Shown here: in pieces, positions 59,527-64,000 of the stretch
How positions within the stretch are numbered: the first letter of the stretch is position 1
How the letters are laid out: every line of letters begins with the position of its first letter
Source: Neophaeotheca triangularis
Lineage: Eukaryota
Assembly (NCBI GenBank): GCA_054600435.1
Contig: BAAIJX010000036.1
Location: forward strand, 62,001-126,000
DNA: 64,000 bases
Direction of reading: 5' to 3'
Position numbers and translations under genes: made by a program
The notes under the pieces: model-generated
What the model saw: only the letters and a program-made list of their open reading frames with translations
Told to the model about the DNA's origin: nothing
Database searches by the model: none

Positions 59527-60606
59527 GTCGCCGGATGGAAGCTGATTGTTGTAATGATACCTATAACCAGAGTCTATCATGAGGCAGACAACATGTCATA
59601 TCGATACTTACAATGCCTCTTTGTTGATTGTCAAGGCTTACATTTCCCACGTGTCAGCCTAAGTCTCCCTACTCTGTTCGCCAAGGCAAAGATGTACAAG
59701 CAAGGTACCTCCGTAGTCCATATGGGGAATACCGGGATACCTTATTCGATCAGTCCCTGTGGTTTAAGGGATGCCTCAGGCATGAATTTCCCGTCTCGGC
59801 CAAGGCCGGACGGATTCACCTTCGGTCGCACTGCTCGGTAGATACCTAGGTAGTTCTCTCCCATTCAACAACCGGTCCACGCTCATAGAACCGCATCCCG
59901 TCTACTTTACATCCACGTGATCCACCTAAGTTAGGTACTCGTACACTTCACAAACCGACGATGCCTACCACTCGACTGTAGGAATACTAGTTTTTGCCAC
60001 CATCCTCGCTCTTCGTCCGCTCAAGACACGAATCCGCGATACCCTCAGCCACACTATGAGCGAAGGCGGCGGTGGTGCAGGTGGTCTGGAAGCACGAGCA
60101 AGCCGACAGCATCTCAACGATACATCTCCAAGCCCAGCTCAGTGAAGTCCTGGATCTTATTTCAGATCGCCATGTTATCAGGCTTAGTATCTCTTCCCCC
60201 GTCAAGTCAGTTCTATATGGCCACAGCTAAGTGTCTGGCCGAGTTGCCTTTCCAGCTCACGTAGGTGCTCAAAGGCATGCGGCGATCCAACATTATCCGA
60301 GTCCCAAGAGCCATTTCATGCAAGTACCGGCGCGTAAAGATGTAGTGGTTACATTGACCGGTGAAGAGAGCAAGGTGCTGATTGGAGGATCTGAACGCGC
60401 CGCAGTGGCAAGGCAAAGCCATGCATGGCGAACCGAGCTGGAAAGGCAACATGGTTGTATGGCTCATGGTCCTATAAGTACCTGCCTACAGCTGCCACTC
60501 GACTCTCGACTGTTTAATTTTGCGAAATTCAACTCACGGTGCATGCCACGCGATTCTGCGGATCCTGAATTCATTAGACCGTATCTACGGCAGAGGCTCT
60601 TCGAAA

Positions 60607-62459
60607 ATGGACCTGGATCGGGCCAATAGATCCTTGGCCAGCGAATGCGCAGCCTGGCGGAATGCCCACTACTTCGACTCCCTTAGCGAATTGGGAGAGT
60701 TGGTAAAGTTGGAGAGCGATCCGGACATAGTATGTCAGCAAAGCTCTAACCATCCTCTCGGTCGACCACTGACAATTTGAACAGGACGGTACCGGAGTGT
60801 GTAGACCGTCAAGCTCACCATGTCTTGTTGAACCCGCACTGATGCGATACTTCAAAACAGGTCGTCTTGGCTTTCCTGATTCCGGCCTGGCTCATCTTGT
60901 ACCTTTTAACAATTGGCTATTTTAAGGTCGAGAACGCAATTCCGAAACACAAACTGAACCAAGTGGATTCAGCAGTGCTATGTCCACTTCCCCCCCGGTC
61001 GGCTTCCGAGCGAACACAGCGACAAGATTACCCCGATTACCCCCTCAGAGCAAAACCACTTCGATCGTTTGCGCTCATGCTCAGCGACCAGCAACTGGTC
61101 ACCGGTCTCGCGATTCTGATTGTCGGCTTCTCAAAGGCCCGGTTCGTTACACAACTCCACTACGGCATAATCAGCAACCTGGGTTGGCTTTCCTTCTCCG
61201 TATTTGGTTGCACGACGACCATACTATGGGAGCATTTTAACAATAACATTGTAGCACGTTTATGGAGGACTGTGTGGGCTGTTGTGATCGCTGGGCTTCT
61301 AGCCGTGACGATAGTCTTGGAAAACACCTCTTACTGGGGTAAACGGCTGCCACGACCTGTGCAGTGCGTGTGGATCGACCTCAGCACGGAATTTGACAGA
61401 AGATCTGGTGCACTGCTCCTTTTCGTCGGGAACTGGGTCGTACTCGTATGGACGCTAGTACACATCCTTAGGGATCTGTGGCCTGGGAAAGTCGGGGCCC
61501 TTTTGTTTAGGACTGCACACATCCTTGAAAAACCGACGCATACATTAACAGAGTGGTCCAGCAAGTTGGAGTCCTCAAACACACCGACGAGCTCGAAGAC
61601 ATCGTTTTACATGATCAAGGTTCTGGCTTTGATCTTGAAGATCGTCGCGCAATGCTGGATGCTCTCGATCGAATTGACAAAATCTCAAATCGTTGACCTT
61701 TTAAGAGCATGGTACTTACTTCTGAAAGGTACTCTTGGCGTCTTACTCGGTCTCCTTGATGGGACATATTGGAGAGAACGGTATGGAAACGAGTCGGAAG
61801 TGGAAGGTGACTGGGGCTTCGGGCAAGTGGTGCCGCTGGTCTTGTTGGCCTTGCCGTTCCTTAGTTTCTTCGAGCTGTGCTATGGTAAGTACCAGAACAT
61901 CGAGCTTGGTTTGTCCTTCAAAGCGCGATGCTGACGATGACTGCTACCAGCCGACCGCCGTGAGCGCCATAAAGATGCGGCCAGACATACTTCATCCTCC
62001 GCCCAGACATCAGCCGACTTGACGTCTTCGCAAGATAATGGGGCTGCAACGACAGCGCTTCTTCCGCCTGAACCAGCATTGCATCGGCCTAGTTCCTTCT
62101 CCGCCCCATCTCGCTCGGATACAGAAAGCCTCAGAGCCCAAGACACGACGGACTCGGTCGACGATGCTCCTTTTTCAAGCGGGTCTTCGGCAGCAATATC
62201 CTGCGCCGAGACCCCAAGTCCGCGCAGAAACACCCGTTCCATAAGAAGTTCAGTGGAGACTGGTCCACTACCCAGAGTCCATGCTTCATTCCCAAGACGG
62301 CCTTCGAAGCAGACGCAGGGGGACATGGTAGCAAACTTGCTAAGTTCTAGGACCTCAAGAAAGACCCTTGTGTTCGTCTTGATAATCCTCTGGTGCGTGG
62401 TTACCGTGATCGCCTGCTTGACCGAGATATGGCGCGAGACAATTAAATTCCGAATGTAG
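60607..62459 (+). CDS. Uncharacterised fungal multipass membrane protein; 4 exons including a 12-nt microexon
   Basis: SDPDI|DGTG|VVLAF reconstructed via introns 60730..60784 and 60797..60860; SDQQLVTGLAILIVG; WGFGQVVPLVLLALP; intron 61885..61950 joins in frame to the 62019 ORF. Confidence 0.8.
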
Positions 62460-63369
62460 GGAGCTTACTGGAGTGGCGTCATTCATAATTGCATCTTCCC
62501 AAGGCCCATCCGCATCCACTGGCTACCATGAGCAACTTGCATGCTTATCTTGCCCAAGGCCCCGCTATTTTAGACACAACTTTCAGCATCCCTGGCACCG
62601 CATATTCGACCCAGCCGAGCGACCATCATTCGGCAACACAACCATCACGTTCATCACGTTCATGCCGGCTCTTGCTATCTCATCAGCCTCCATCCCTAAT
62701 CGCCGGCAAGCCCCCTACCTTGGACATGGTGGCTGGAGTTTGAAGTGGCCGCTACCAAACATAATCCGAAGCAGGGATACATGCACAATACGTATCGCGC
62801 TTCTTTAGCAGAGGAATAATTTGAAAGATCGTGCATAGTTTGAACACCTTAGTCGCATGATGCGCTGGTAAGCTGAGTCATGTCACGTGTTCAAGCTTGG
62901 CAAATACGCCTAGCCTGCAACAAACTCGTATCCTTAGCTCGATGATGCTGCTTCCTATTAGCCGGCATGGAGAATGCACCTATCATGTGCTACTCGCGGT
63001 CTAGTCACCGTTCTCAATCCAAGCTTGCGACGCTATATCAAATCTGACGGCCGTCGCGGTGTCCGTAGCAAGCCCAAGCAACGTTGAACCGACCGAGTGA
63101 ATAAGTACGACAAGTGTCAGCTCCTTGGAAGTCGGGATCGCAAAGACCGCTCTCCGTGACTGACCGACGAAGAACACAAAACCCAGCCTCCCTCTCAGCA
63201 AAGCACTTACAACCTCTCTCCTATACCATTCTTCAAACCAAATCCTCTCCCATATCCAACACTCTTACTCCAAACAAACGTCCCCACCAACACCCACCTC
63301 ACCAACCCGACCCAAAACCCACAGCCAACCAACTCAAACCACCAACCTACCATCAAAAACCAAAAGAAA

Positions 63370-63735
63370 ATGAAGCCCTCAACCCCAACCACCCTCCTCC
63401 TCCCCTTAGCGCTAGGCCTACTCCTCCTCCCAACCCCAACAACGGCGACCCCACTCCCACGCACCCCCAACGTGAACCCCACCACCAACACCACCAACCC
63501 CTCTCCAGCCAACAACCCCCTACCCCCGGCCACCCCCGGCAGCAGGAACAAAGCCGCATGTTTCGGAGGTAAGAGCCCAGCCACGCCACCCATTCGCTCA
63601 TCCTCCTCAGTAGAGAGCGGAAAGGGTACTCGCGCGAGGAAAGGGACGGCGTGCTGACTTCTTCCGGATTTGATAGCGGCGCAAGCGGGACCGCAGTGTC
63701 CGCCCGGCAGTGGGGTTGCTTGTTGTTATGGGTAG
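63370..63735 (+). CDS. Small secreted Cys-containing prepropeptide of about 86 aa; 2 exons
   Basis: Signal peptide MKPSTPTTLLLPLALGLLLLPTPTTA; intron 63569..63676 (gtaaga..ctgac..tag); exon 2 completes AACFG|AAQAGPQCPPGSGVACCYG stop. Confidence 0.7.
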
Positions 63736-64000
63736 GGAGGGAGGGAGGGGAGGACGGGGGAGTTATGGAGACGGGACAGGGGAGGGGGCGGTTGAGTTGG
63801 TTTCACGGATGGGTTGGGTGGGAGGCTTGAGCGATTGAGACCTGCGTGAGGTGGTTATGTTATGTTGGGAGGGATTCGGGGTTGCGGTTTCTTGGTGGGT
63901 TGGGTTTTGGGGGGACTGGGGACGTGGGCGTGGGGCTTTTTTGGCGGTGCGTGGTGTGAGGGTGCTGCTCTTGGTTGGACTCTTGGCTTTTTTCTTGTTG

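Noticed and set aside
1..64000. Secondary-metabolite cluster, CRISPR array, rRNA or tRNA genes
   Set aside because: No backbone synthase, repeat-spacer array or recognisable structural RNA seen; tRNAscan-SE/Infernal would be needed to exclude small RNAs

Overview
Eukaryotic, gene-dense, intron-poor ascomycete DNA. It is probably a Dothideomycete, possibly Capnodiales/Mycosphaerellales-like; that is inferred from protein style and short GT-AG introns with CTRAY branch points, not from a search. There are about 22 protein-coding genes. Most are conserved: COQ6 3' end, ERV46, YPT35, FAN1, a FAS1-domain protein, DUS2, SNT2, PPE1, a GH15 glucoamylase, DUF2417 and DUF726 hydrolases, a Nak1/Kic1 kinase, a GT15 mannosyltransferase and a DUF3659 repeat protein. 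I found no rRNA, tRNA, CRISPR array or intact transposon. The most notable items are: (1) a Tc1/IS630-type transposase DNA-binding module, without a DDE domain or visible TIRs, fused to a Q-rich putative transcription factor; (2) a HeLo-like + ubiquitin-like + zinc-ribbon + C2H2 fusion gene; (3) an IQ-motif protein with an EDA39C-like putative toxin-RNase domain; (4) a hidden 159-aa N-terminal extension of the kinase that needs a GC-AG intron; (5) a frameshift at the 5' end of the GT15 gene; (6) a small secreted Cys-rich propeptide gene. Exon boundaries were read by hand and need RNA-seq confirmation.
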